A stretch of DNA of 37,612 nucleotides from Clostridia bacterium. GTDB lineage: Bacteria; Bacillota; Clostridia; Christensenellales; QALW01. The stretch's first letter is position 1; every line of letters starts with the position of its first letter. The stretch is from positions 1 through 37,612 of the forward strand of contig JAZSMS010000058.1 in assembly GCA_045536015.1 (NCBI GenBank), read 5' to 3'. The notes beneath the pieces were generated by a model. The model saw nothing but the letters and a program-made list of their open reading frames with translations, did no database searches and was not told where the DNA came from. Positions 26,603 through 35,969 of this stretch are shown piece after piece. The translations under genes and the position numbers were made by a program.

Positions 26603-27779
26603 ATTTTTGGCAATATTGGCGGTCAATTTGAATTGCGGCGGAATATCTTTGATCAATTTGCTTTAATAGTTTTTTAAGCTCTGTCTTTAACGCTTCTACG
26701 TCTTTTTCGGATAATTCAAACGGAACGGCAATATCAAAAATAACGTTTATGTTTTCTTGCCCGTCGGTCATTCTTACGTCGTGAAAAGATGCGTCTTTAT
26801 CCTTTAAAAATTCTGTAAGCGTTTGCTTTATTTGTGCAAGCTTTTCATTGTTTTGCTGAACGGGGTCAAGGTGAACGGTTATTTCGCAACCAAGGCGGTT
26901 AAAAATATCTTTTTCTACCTTGTCTATTGCCTCGTGTGCGGCAACGATATCGTCGGTATCGCTTATTTCGGCATGTACCGAGGCAAACACTCTGCCGGGG
27001 CCGTAGTCGTGAACGATAAGATCGTGTATATCAATGATGCTTTCACTTTCTAAAAGTATATTAGAAATATTGCAAACAAGCTCTTGATCGGGTGCCTTTC
27101 CAAGCAAAAGATTAACTGTTTCCTTTGCAATGGAAAAGCCCGAAAGCATAATCAAAATAGAAACTGCGCATCCGACAAAGCCGTCAAGGGTAAAGGGTAA
27201 AATTTTAAGCGAATCAATTATTGTGCAAACGATAACTGCGCTTGTCGCAATACAGTCGTTGAGACTGTCGGTTGCGGCGGCAAGAAGCGGTGCAGAATCT
27301 ATTGCCTTGCCAAACTTTTTATTATATCCGTACATAAAAAATTTGATGGGAAGCGAAAGTGTTAAAAGAATAATTGCAAGCCAGTTTATTGCCGCTGCTT
27401 CGGTAGGTGAAAGTACCTTTTCAAACGAGCTTTTAGCAAGCTCAAAGCCTACAAGCATTATGATAAACGAGACTATCAGTGCACTGATATATTCAAATCG
27501 TCCGTGGCCAAACGGATGATCACGGTCGGGCTTTAAAGAACTAAGCTTTACTCCCACAAGCGTAACAACGGTAGTGCCCAAATCTGTCAGGTTGTTAAAT
27601 GCATCAGAAATTACTGCAACGCTTTGCAAGAATAAGCCTATCGAAAGCTTTAGCGTAAATAAAATAACGTTACAAATTATTCCGCAAACACCGCTTAAAA
27701 CACCGTAGCATGCGCGCACTTCGGGCTTTGATACGTTTTGATAATCTTTGACAAAAAGTTTTAGCATAAGCTGATACAT
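26601..27779 (-). CDS. Cation diffusion facilitator (CDF) family transporter
   Basis: SDAFNNLTD, PDRDHPFGHGRFEY, DSLND, HDLIVHDYGP, ~6 TM helices. Confidence 0.93.
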   Translation of the reverse strand: MYQLMLKLFVKDYQNVSKPEVRACYGVLSGVCGIICNVILFTLKLSIGLFLQSVAVISDAFNNLTDLGTTVVTLVGVKLSSLKPDRDHPFGHGRFEYISALIVSFIIMLVGFELAKSSFEKVLSPTEAAAINWLAIILLTLSLPIKFFMYGYNKKFGKAIDSAPLLAAATDSLNDCIATSAVIVCTIIDSLKILPFTLDGFVGCAVSILIMLSGFSIAKETVNLLLGKAPDQELVCNISNILLESESIIDIHDLIVHDYGPGRVFASVHAEISDTDDIVAAHEAIDKVEKDIFNRLGCEITVHLDPVQQNNEKLAQIKQTLTEFLKDKDASFHDVRMTDGQENINVIFDIAVPFELSEKDVEALKTELKKLLKQIDQRYSAAIQIDRQYCQK

Positions 27780-27870
27780 AAAAAACCTCGCAAAAAAATA
27801 TTACATAAGATATGATACTAAAAAAACCAATAAAATCAAGCGTTTTTTTGAAAAAATATCCAAAATAGTA

Positions 27871-27900
27871 TTGCCTTGCCAACTATTAATATGATATAAT
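27871..27900 (+). promoter_or_regulatory. SigA promoter for the yabO-ispDF-radA operon
   Basis: TTGCCT, 18 bp spacer, TATAAT with an extended TG. Confidence 0.55.
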
Positions 27901-27926
27901 CTATATAAATATATACTTGGAGGACT

Positions 27927-28172
27927 ATGCTTGTGCGCCTTGATAAATTTTTAAAGGTTTCGAGAATAATTAAACGCAGAACCGTTTCTAATGATGCTTG
28001 TGATGCAGGCAGAGTTTTAGTAAATTCGCGCACGGCAAAAGCAAGCTATAACGTAAAAACAGGTGACGTAATAACAATATGCTTTGGAGAAAAGCAGCAT
28101 AACTTCAAGGTTGAATTTGTTGAAGAAAAAGAAGCTAAAAAAGCTGATAAGCCTATGGCGGTGGAAGTATGA
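27927..28172 (+). CDS. yabO: S4-domain RNA-binding protein, YabO/RqcP family
   Basis: RLDKFLKVSRIIKRRT....C..GRV.VN...AKAS..VK.GD. GGAGG RBS. Confidence 0.88.
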   Translation: MLVRLDKFLKVSRIIKRRTVSNDACDAGRVLVNSRTAKASYNVKTGDVITICFGEKQHNFKVEFVEEKEAKKADKPMAVEV

Positions 28173-29272
28173 TTTGCGCTTTAATTGCTGCTGCAGGCAA
28201 GGGCAGAAGAATGGGGATAGACGAAAATAAGATTTTTTTATCTATTGACGGAACACCCATTATAAAGCAATCTGTCGACGCTTTTTTAAAAAATAAAAAC
28301 ATCGACGCAGTTGCAGTTATCTGCTCTCAAGACGATAAACAGCGTTTGCAGGAAATTTTGGGAAGTGAGATAACTCTTATCCAAGGCGGCGCAACAAGGG
28401 GCGAATCTGTCTTTAACGGTTTAGCCTGGGCAAAGGGCAGGTTTGATAAGGTCCTTATCCATGACGGCGCGCGCCCGTTTATCAATCAGCAAACGATTGA
28501 TAATGTTATAACAAACATTTCTATTGGTGTTGGCGCAGTTGCAGGAATTAAAGCGATAGATACAATAAAGCAATGTTCTGAAGATGGTTTTGTTAAAAAC
28601 ACACCCGAGCGGCAAACATTGTGGCAGGCACAAACGCCGCAGGGATTTATCACAAGCGAAATTTTTGAAGCATATAAGGCTTCGGGCTTTGATTTAACTG
28701 ATGATGCCGCAGTTTTTGAACAAGCAGGTGGAAAGATAAAAATGGTTTTATCAAACCCTAAAAATAAAAAAATAACTACTAAAGAGGATTTGCCCAAAAT
28801 GTATTTAAGCGGTATAGGCTATGACGTGCATCAATTAGTTGAGGGCAGAATGCTTATTTTAGGTGGTGAGGAAATCCCGCATAATTTAGGCTTGCTTGGT
28901 CATTCTGATGCCGACGTATTACTTCACGCAATTTGCGATGCGCTTCTCTCGGCTATAGGCGAAGGCGATATCGGCAAGCATTTTCCTGACAGTGATCCCA
29001 AATACAAGGGCATTTCCAGTTTGCTTTTACTTAAAGAGGTTGCAAGTTTACTTAATAAAAAAGGCTTTAAGGTTGTAAACGTAGGTGCTATTGTTGCGGC
29101 ACAAAAGCCAAAGCTTGCGCCATACATCAAAAAAATGAACGAAAATATTTCACAAGCTTTAAACATTGATGCTTCGCGCGTTAACGTTGCGGCAACAACT
29201 ACCGAGCATCTTGGCTTTGAAGGCGAAGAAAAAGGCATTTCGGCACGCGCAATAGTAAGTGTGGTGGGATAA
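28169..29272 (+). CDS. ispDF: Bifunctional IspD/IspF (MEP cytidylyltransferase / MEcPP synthase)
   Basis: AAAGKGRRMG, IHDGARP, QTPQGF, N.KITT..DL, then GIGYDVH, GHSDADV..HA..DA, GDIG.HFP, ATTTE.LGF.G. Confidence 0.95.
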   Translation: MICALIAAAGKGRRMGIDENKIFLSIDGTPIIKQSVDAFLKNKNIDAVAVICSQDDKQRLQEILGSEITLIQGGATRGESVFNGLAWAKGRFDKVLIHDGARPFINQQTIDNVITNISIGVGAVAGIKAIDTIKQCSEDGFVKNTPERQTLWQAQTPQGFITSEIFEAYKASGFDLTDDAAVFEQAGGKIKMVLSNPKNKKITTKEDLPKMYLSGIGYDVHQLVEGRMLILGGEEIPHNLGLLGHSDADVLLHAICDALLSAIGEGDIGKHFPDSDPKYKGISSLLLLKEVASLLNKKGFKVVNVGAIVAAQKPKLAPYIKKMNENISQALNIDASRVNVAATTTEHLGFEGEEKGISARAIVSVVG

Positions 29273-30645
29273 TGGCAAAGGAAAAAAATATTTACGTTTG
29301 CTCTGCCTGCGGTTTTGAATCGGCAAAATGGCTTGGCAAGTGTCCCGGGTGCGAGGCTTGGGGAACACTTGAAGAAACGGTTGTTTCACATTCTGCTAAA
29401 ACAAAGACAGAAAAAACAACTCAAAATTCTGCGTCCGTTCAACGCTTGCTTGAAGTAGAAACGCTTGAGCAGGATCGCTTTTTATCGGGCAGCAAAGAAT
29501 TTGATCGCGTTTTAGGCGGCGGAATAGTTCCTGCAAGCATAGTGCTTTGCGGCGGCGATCCCGGAATAGGAAAATCAACGCTCTTGCTTCAGGTTTGTGC
29601 TGAGGCGGCAAAAACAAAAAAGGTTTTATATATTTCGGCAGAAGAATCGGTAAGGCAGATAAAATTAAGGGCAGACAGATTATCCTGCAAGGAAAAAGAA
29701 CTTTACGTCTGCTGCGAAACTGATATAGAAGAAATATGCACGCTTTTAATTTTGCAAAAGCCTGCCGTTGCGGTGATTGACTCTATTCAGACTGTTTTTG
29801 CATCATATTTATCAAGCGCGCCCGGAACGGTAACGCAGGTGCGCGAATGTGCTACAAGGCTTATGCGTGTTGCCAAAGAATACGGCATAACGATTTTTGT
29901 AGTAGGTCACGTTACAAAAGAGGGAACCCTTGCAGGGCCAAAGGTGCTTGAACATATAGTTGACACAGTAATGTACTTTGAGGGAGAAAGAAACAGCTCT
30001 TTCAGGGTGCTTCGTACAAACAAAAACAGGTTTGGCTCAACAAACGAAATCGGCGTTTTTGAAATGACTGAGCTTGGTATGCGCGACGTTGAAAACCCTT
30101 CGGAAATTTTTGTTTCCGAGCGTAAAGAGGTAGTTCCGGGCGTTGCACTTACTTGCTCGTGTGAAGGTACCCGTCCTTTAATGGTAGAAATTCAGGCGCT
30201 TTGTGGGCTTTCTAGCTTTGGAAACCCTCGACGAGTAGGTAGCGGTGTTGATTATAACCGTATGGTAACGCTTTTAGCGGTGCTTGAAAAGCGTATGGGC
30301 ATTTCAATTTACAATAAAGACGTTTACGTTTCTATCGCGGGCGGACTTAGAATTGACGAGCCTGCAAGCGATCTTGCAATGCTTGCTTCTGTTTTTTCGG
30401 CAGAAAAGAATTTGCCTATTTTACCTTCAACAGTTTTGCTTGGTGAGGTTGGCTTAACGGGTGAGCTAAGGGCAGTAAGCAACTGTCAAGTACGAATTGC
30501 CGAATGTAAAAAGCTTGGGTTTAAGAGAGTAATTCTTCCAAAGCAAAATAAAAGAGGATTAAAAAGCGAAGAAGATATGCAAATGTTTTTTGTCGATAAC
30601 GTGTTTGCGGCATTATCGTTTGCAATAGACAGTAAGAAAGGATAA
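29272..30645 (+). CDS. radA: DNA repair protein RadA/Sms
   Basis: C..CG....KW.G.CP.C zinc finger, GDPGIGKST, KNRFG, Lon-like C-terminus. Confidence 0.97.
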   Translation: MAKEKNIYVCSACGFESAKWLGKCPGCEAWGTLEETVVSHSAKTKTEKTTQNSASVQRLLEVETLEQDRFLSGSKEFDRVLGGGIVPASIVLCGGDPGIGKSTLLLQVCAEAAKTKKVLYISAEESVRQIKLRADRLSCKEKELYVCCETDIEEICTLLILQKPAVAVIDSIQTVFASYLSSAPGTVTQVRECATRLMRVAKEYGITIFVVGHVTKEGTLAGPKVLEHIVDTVMYFEGERNSSFRVLRTNKNRFGSTNEIGVFEMTELGMRDVENPSEIFVSERKEVVPGVALTCSCEGTRPLMVEIQALCGLSSFGNPRRVGSGVDYNRMVTLLAVLEKRMGISIYNKDVYVSIAGGLRIDEPASDLAMLASVFSAEKNLPILPSTVLLGEVGLTGELRAVSNCQVRIAECKKLGFKRVILPKQNKRGLKSEEDMQMFFVDNVFAALSFAIDSKKG

Positions 30646-30647
30646 CT

Positions 30648-31685
30648 ATGTTTAAAAAGATTTTACGTGGCGCGTTTGTGCTTTTAGGCAGCGCAATAGG
30701 ATTTTGGGTTTGGGAAGCCGTTAAAATATTGCTTGCCTATAACAATTTACAAATTACAAATTGGATTTTTGCATTTTCGGTTTGTTTAATGTCGGTTTTA
30801 AGCTTTGCGGCGGTTGGCTTTTTTGTGGGCGGACCAATAAGCAAACTTATAATTAAGTTAAACGCCTCGCTTGTAAAAAAAGCAAAAAATATGTCGGTTA
30901 AAGATTTGCTTTTAGTGCTTATAGGTCTTTTGGCAGGCTTGGTGGTAGCGTTTTTTACCAGCCAGATTTTTGTTAAAATAAGCAATGAAGGTCTTGTTAT
31001 AGGCTTAAACGTAATAATTTATGCGTTTTTTACTATTGTTGGTGTAAGAATTGCACTTTTAAAGCGTGATGATATAACATTGGGAGAAGTAAAAACGCAG
31101 GGAATAAAAACTGTTATAGATACAAGTGTTATAATCGACGGCAGAATTTGCGATATTCTTCAAACGGGATTTTTGCGCGGAGAGATAATTATTCCTAAAT
31201 TTGTTGTTGATGAAATTTCGCTTTTAGCAGATAGTGAAGAAGACAAAAAGCGTGCGCGTGCGCGCAGAGGACTTGATATTTTAAAAGAGTTAAAAGCACA
31301 AAAAAACGTTACGTTTGATAATAAAAAGTATGATAAAAGCATTGCAAAGGACGATTTGTTGCTTGCATACGCTACCGAAAACGGTGCGGAAGTAATGACA
31401 AATGATTATGGACTTAATACTGTTGCAACGCTTCAGAACATAAAAATTCTTAATATAAACGACCTTGTAAATTCATTAAAATCGGCGCTTGTTGCAGGCG
31501 ATAAGATAGACGTGCTAATTCAAAAGCAAGGTAAGGATGCTACTCAGGGCGTAGGCTACTTAGAAGACGGAACAATGATTGTAGTTGAAAACGGTGCAGA
31601 ATTTATAGATAAGCTTGTTGCTTGCGAGGTTACAAGTGTGCTTCAGAATTCAAGCGGAAAGATAATTTTTGTTAAAATAGTATAA
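30648..31685 (+). CDS. yacL: Membrane PIN/TRAM-domain protein, YacL family
   Basis: 4 TM helices, IDTSVIIDGRI, RARRGLDIL, TND, QGVGYLEDGTMIVVE. Follows radA. Confidence 0.9.
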   Translation: MFKKILRGAFVLLGSAIGFWVWEAVKILLAYNNLQITNWIFAFSVCLMSVLSFAAVGFFVGGPISKLIIKLNASLVKKAKNMSVKDLLLVLIGLLAGLVVAFFTSQIFVKISNEGLVIGLNVIIYAFFTIVGVRIALLKRDDITLGEVKTQGIKTVIDTSVIIDGRICDILQTGFLRGEIIIPKFVVDEISLLADSEEDKKRARARRGLDILKELKAQKNVTFDNKKYDKSIAKDDLLLAYATENGAEVMTNDYGLNTVATLQNIKILNINDLVNSLKSALVAGDKIDVLIQKQGKDATQGVGYLEDGTMIVVENGAEFIDKLVACEVTSVLQNSSGKIIFVKIV

Positions 31686-31714
31686 GCCTCTATCAGCTTA
31701 AAAAGGAGAAAATT

Positions 31715-33844
31715 ATGGAAAAGAATAAAGTGTTTTTTAATGGCGATTTTTCCGAGTTTTCACAAGAGAACGGTTTTAAAGGATGGGAATGGTCAACAAG
31801 CGGAGAGATTATAACTTCATGCGTTGAAGGTATAGACGGTAAAAATGCAGTACAGGTAAAATATACAGAAAACGCACATCCACATCAAATTATTTTTACT
31901 AATACTGATGAAGCAAGATGTGAGCTTGCTGGCAAGTTAAACGATTTGGGCGAAGGTGATTGCAAGCTTTCGTGCTATTTTAAAGCGGCAGATGAAGAAT
32001 CTGTAGGTAAAAAAATAAAAATTAAAATGTTTTATTGCTTTAAAAATGACAATTTAACGTTCGTAGATAGAGTAGATAACGGTGCATCTTTTATTGAACT
32101 TTCAAACGATTGGCAAAAATCAGAATGTGTTTTTCATAATTCTTGTCTGCAGGAAAAAAGTATTACGGGTCAGGAACTTGACTTTGTTGCAGTTGAAATA
32201 GCTATTGAAAAAGGTGAATCAATAAATGCTTGTATTGCAGATATTGCCATTGAAAAGGTTTCTGAACTTGTTGTTAAAGAAGAACCCTTACATAAGCTTA
32301 TTCCTCAGGATAAAACACTTATCGGTGCAATACGTTGGGATATTTGGTACGAAACACATTCAGCACGCGAAATTAACCAAATAATTGCCGAGGATGAAGA
32401 ATATAACAAGCAAAACGGCACAAAGCGCTCGCGCGTTACCTCGCCCGATATGATGATGCGTACGCTTTCATATTATCCTTTCCGCGCACCGTACTTTGTT
32501 GAGTACGAGGGTGCGCAGGATAACGGCGACGTAAAAATGTCGATTAAATCGTGCTTTGAAAAAACAGGTCTTACGTATCAGTATGAAGACGTTATGGATG
32601 ATTTAAAGGTTAAAGAGCATCCTTACATTTACGGAATAGACTGGGAAACCGAAGCAAAACTTGCAATGGATGCAGGCATTGACTATTTTGCCTATCTCTA
32701 CAAGGGCTACAATAACACAAACTTTGGTCAGGTTTTAGAGCCTTGCTTTGCGCATACCGCAACAAACGGTATGTTGCCTGATGGCAGACAGATGAAGATG
32801 GTTTGCGTTATGCAGGATAATCACGGTGGAATAGCAGACCTTGACGATTTTGAAACCGACGAAGAAAAAATGGCTTCGATTATCTATCCAAGACGAATGA
32901 TTTATCAGGCAATGGCGCAGTCGTGCTATCTTGATGCTCATACGGTTAGCGGCGATATTCCGATAATGCATTTTTATTATGATGAATTTAAGCGTATTAA
33001 CACGTCTGATGTTCTTCCGCTTTATATTAAAGAGGCAAAGTTCTTTACCGAGTATCTTCACAAGAAAAATCCCGATAAATATCGTGTAGTTGACGATATT
33101 TATTTTGTAGGTTATACAAGTTGTTCTTCAATAGGCGGCTTGAAGAGTGAGGCTTATTACCGTAAAAGCCTTGGCTATGATGCGCTTTCTAAATATGCCG
33201 AGTCAGACTTTGTTTGGCCGGATGACAGAAAGAAAACAGTACAGCTTATTAATGAGCAGTTTGATAATATTCAGGCAAAGGGCGAAAAAACTGAGGTTGG
33301 TCCGCTTTTGCCTAAGGGTTGGGACGTTGAGTGGTACAGAGTTCACAGAATAGATAATTGCTATGACACTAAGCCGAGCATTTGGAAAGAAGCTTTTGGT
33401 GCAACCTATGAGCGATTTATGCGCAATATTGAGCCTCGCCATAGAGCATATTTGGATGCAAAGGATATTATAGATTACATTCCTGTTGTAAGTCTTGGAT
33501 ACAACGTTACGCCCAGAATTAAAACGCGCGTTTCGTGGTGCCAGGATTATGGCTGCGGATACCTTGCCTATGGAACGGCAAAACAGCAGGCACAGCACTT
33601 AAAGAATACCTTAGAGTATATGCTTGAATATAAAAAGGCAAATCCTAATACTGTTAATATGATTGATATCTATGCTTGGAATGAACACGATGAGGGTGGA
33701 TATCTTTGCCCCGCAGTTGCAGTTGATGAGCACGGCGAGCCTATTTTAAACGGGGACGGAACAGTAAAGATGGATTCTTCTATTTTAGACGAATGTGCAA
33801 AGGTAATTAAAGAATTTAGAGTAAAAGAGGCAGCAAACAAATAA
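31715..33844 (+). CDS. Hypothetical protein, paralogue 1; putative CBM-like N-domain plus GH99/WbsX-like TIM barrel
   Basis: AAGGAG RBS. NGDFS start, GAIRWDIW, AMDAGIDYFAY, LGYNVTPR, YAWNEHDEGG. No signal peptide. Confidence 0.6.
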   Translation: MEKNKVFFNGDFSEFSQENGFKGWEWSTSGEIITSCVEGIDGKNAVQVKYTENAHPHQIIFTNTDEARCELAGKLNDLGEGDCKLSCYFKAADEESVGKKIKIKMFYCFKNDNLTFVDRVDNGASFIELSNDWQKSECVFHNSCLQEKSITGQELDFVAVEIAIEKGESINACIADIAIEKVSELVVKEEPLHKLIPQDKTLIGAIRWDIWYETHSAREINQIIAEDEEYNKQNGTKRSRVTSPDMMMRTLSYYPFRAPYFVEYEGAQDNGDVKMSIKSCFEKTGLTYQYEDVMDDLKVKEHPYIYGIDWETEAKLAMDAGIDYFAYLYKGYNNTNFGQVLEPCFAHTATNGMLPDGRQMKMVCVMQDNHGGIADLDDFETDEEKMASIIYPRRMIYQAMAQSCYLDAHTVSGDIPIMHFYYDEFKRINTSDVLPLYIKEAKFFTEYLHKKNPDKYRVVDDIYFVGYTSCSSIGGLKSEAYYRKSLGYDALSKYAESDFVWPDDRKKTVQLINEQFDNIQAKGEKTEVGPLLPKGWDVEWYRVHRIDNCYDTKPSIWKEAFGATYERFMRNIEPRHRAYLDAKDIIDYIPVVSLGYNVTPRIKTRVSWCQDYGCGYLAYGTAKQQAQHLKNTLEYMLEYKKANPNTVNMIDIYAWNEHDEGGYLCPAVAVDEHGEPILNGDGTVKMDSSILDECAKVIKEFRVKEAANK

Positions 33845-33855
33845 AGAGGCTAATA

Positions 33856-35958
33856 ATGGATACGTTAAAAATAAATGGAGATTTTTTAGTTTGTAAAAAT
33901 GAAGGTGGCTTTGACGGCTGGACGTGGAATCAACAAGAGGGCTGTAAAATGTCAAGACAAGTTCTTGATGATAATAGTATCGCTATCTTGGTTAAATACG
34001 TAGGCGGCTCAAACAAATATTCGGTGCTTGATTTAACAAATACCGATTCGGCAAGAAAAGACCTTGCAGATAAAATAAAGCAAAAAGGAAGCGGTGTGTT
34101 TAGGCTTTCGTGCTTGTTCTTAGCGGCAGATGAAAAGTCTGTGGGCAAAAAAATAATGATTAAATCTCATTATGCCTATAAAAACAAGCAGGGTAACGTA
34201 GTTAATAAGTCTTACGTTTCGCCAAAGCCTATATCACTTGCAGATAATTGGGTTAAAAACGAGCTTGTATTTGCAATAGCGCTTGATGCGTTTGCAAACG
34301 AAGAGCTTGAATACGTTGCAATTGAGTTTTTAACCCCTGGCAACTTAGACGTAAACGTATTAATTAAGGACATTTCCTTTGAGCTTTTAAGCTTATGTGA
34401 TGCTACAAACTTTAAGCCTGCGAGGGAGATAATTCCCCACAAAAAAACACTTATCGGTGCTATTCGCTGGGATATATGGGATAAAACCCGTACTGCAAGC
34501 CAGATAAACGACGTTATTGCCAAAGACGAGAAAGAAAACGCACAAAACGGTAGTAGGCGTATAAGCATAACTTCGCCCGAGATGATTATGCGCACACTTA
34601 GCTATTATCCGCAAAGGGCTCCGTATTTTGTAAACTTTGAGGGCAAGCAGAATAACGGTGACGTATCTCTTTCGATGCAATCTTGCTACGAAAAAACAGG
34701 GCTCTGCTATGATTATGAGGACGTTATGGACGACCTTAAAATTAAGCAGCATCCATACAATCATGGAGTTTCGTGGGAAGAAGAGGCTAAAATGGCGATG
34801 GATGCAGGTATTGATTACTTTGCCTATCTTTACGTTTGCCTAAAAGGTGAGCGCGAGCGCCGTGTTACCGAGCCTGCTTTTGCACACACAGCAACAAACG
34901 GTATGCTTGAAGACGGCAGACAAATGAAAATGGTGGCTATCGTGCATATGAATGAGGCCTTGGTGGATATTGATAAGCTTGAGTCTGACGAGGAAAAGCT
35001 TGAGGCAATTATCTATCCAAGAAGAATGATGTATAAGGCAATGGCACAGTCGTGCTACTTAAACGCACAGACTCCCAATGGCGAGATACCGATACTTCAT
35101 TTTTATTGGAATCTTACAAAGGGAATGCAGGATCCTGACGAGCTTGAAAGATATAAAAAGGAAGCCCGCTTTTACTCACGCTATCTTAACAGGAAAAATC
35201 CTGAAAAATATCGTGTAATTGATGATATATACTGCGTTGCACATCACATTTACCGCGAGGTAGGCGCAATAGCAGATGCATATCTTTATAACTATCTTGG
35301 CTTTGATGCTATTTCAAAGTATGCCGTTCCGCCAATTGTAACGCCGGCTCAGCGTGCAAATGCAATAAAAGAAGTAGAGGCAGGCAAGTTTGATAAGGAA
35401 AAGGAATATAAAGATATTAAGCTTGAAGGCGGCATAGAGTGGCAACGCTTAAATAGAATTGATCAGTGCTATAATACCAAGCCAAGCGTTTGGAAGGATG
35501 CCTTTGGTGAGAATTATGATGATTATATTGACCGAATAGACCGCCAGCACGCAGATTATATCAATGCCTACGATGCAGTACGCTATATTCCAACGGTTTC
35601 ACTTGGATACAATGTTTTGCCAAGGGTTAAAACAAAAGTTTCGTGGTGCGGTGATTATAATTGTACCTACACGCAAACAGGTACTCCCGAGCAGCTTGCA
35701 AAACAGCTTTCACACGGTCTTTCGTTTACGGGCAAGTATGCAAAGGAATATAAAAATTCTACAAATACAATTCTTGTATATGCTTGGAACGAGTTTGACG
35801 AGGGCGGATATCTTTGTCCAACGGTTTTAACTGACGAAACCGGTCAGATATTAAAAAATCCTGATGGAACTAATAAAAAGAACGATAGCATTTTAGTTGA
35901 ATGCGCTAAGGCAATTAAAGCATTTAGAGAAAAAGAAGCAAAGGAAATGCTTAAATAA
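33856..35958 (+). CDS. Hypothetical protein, paralogue 2; putative CBM-like N-domain plus GH99/WbsX-like TIM barrel
   Basis: Colinear with paralogue 1: NGDF, GAIRWDIW, AMDAGIDYFAY, LGYNVLPR, YAWNEFDEGG. Confidence 0.6.
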   Translation: MDTLKINGDFLVCKNEGGFDGWTWNQQEGCKMSRQVLDDNSIAILVKYVGGSNKYSVLDLTNTDSARKDLADKIKQKGSGVFRLSCLFLAADEKSVGKKIMIKSHYAYKNKQGNVVNKSYVSPKPISLADNWVKNELVFAIALDAFANEELEYVAIEFLTPGNLDVNVLIKDISFELLSLCDATNFKPAREIIPHKKTLIGAIRWDIWDKTRTASQINDVIAKDEKENAQNGSRRISITSPEMIMRTLSYYPQRAPYFVNFEGKQNNGDVSLSMQSCYEKTGLCYDYEDVMDDLKIKQHPYNHGVSWEEEAKMAMDAGIDYFAYLYVCLKGERERRVTEPAFAHTATNGMLEDGRQMKMVAIVHMNEALVDIDKLESDEEKLEAIIYPRRMMYKAMAQSCYLNAQTPNGEIPILHFYWNLTKGMQDPDELERYKKEARFYSRYLNRKNPEKYRVIDDIYCVAHHIYREVGAIADAYLYNYLGFDAISKYAVPPIVTPAQRANAIKEVEAGKFDKEKEYKDIKLEGGIEWQRLNRIDQCYNTKPSVWKDAFGENYDDYIDRIDRQHADYINAYDAVRYIPTVSLGYNVLPRVKTKVSWCGDYNCTYTQTGTPEQLAKQLSHGLSFTGKYAKEYKNSTNTILVYAWNEFDEGGYLCPTVLTDETGQILKNPDGTNKKNDSILVECAKAIKAFREKEAKEMLK

Positions 35959-35969
35959 GGAGATAAATT

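Noticed and set aside
27836-28033. 65-aa minus-strand ORF, and 27670-27882
   Set aside because: They overlap yabO, the CDF gene and the divergent promoter region, and have no coding signature.
30648-31685. PIN domain as a toxin-antitoxin toxin
   Set aside because: The membrane-anchored PIN-TRAM layout after radA is the conserved YacL housekeeping gene, and no antitoxin is present.
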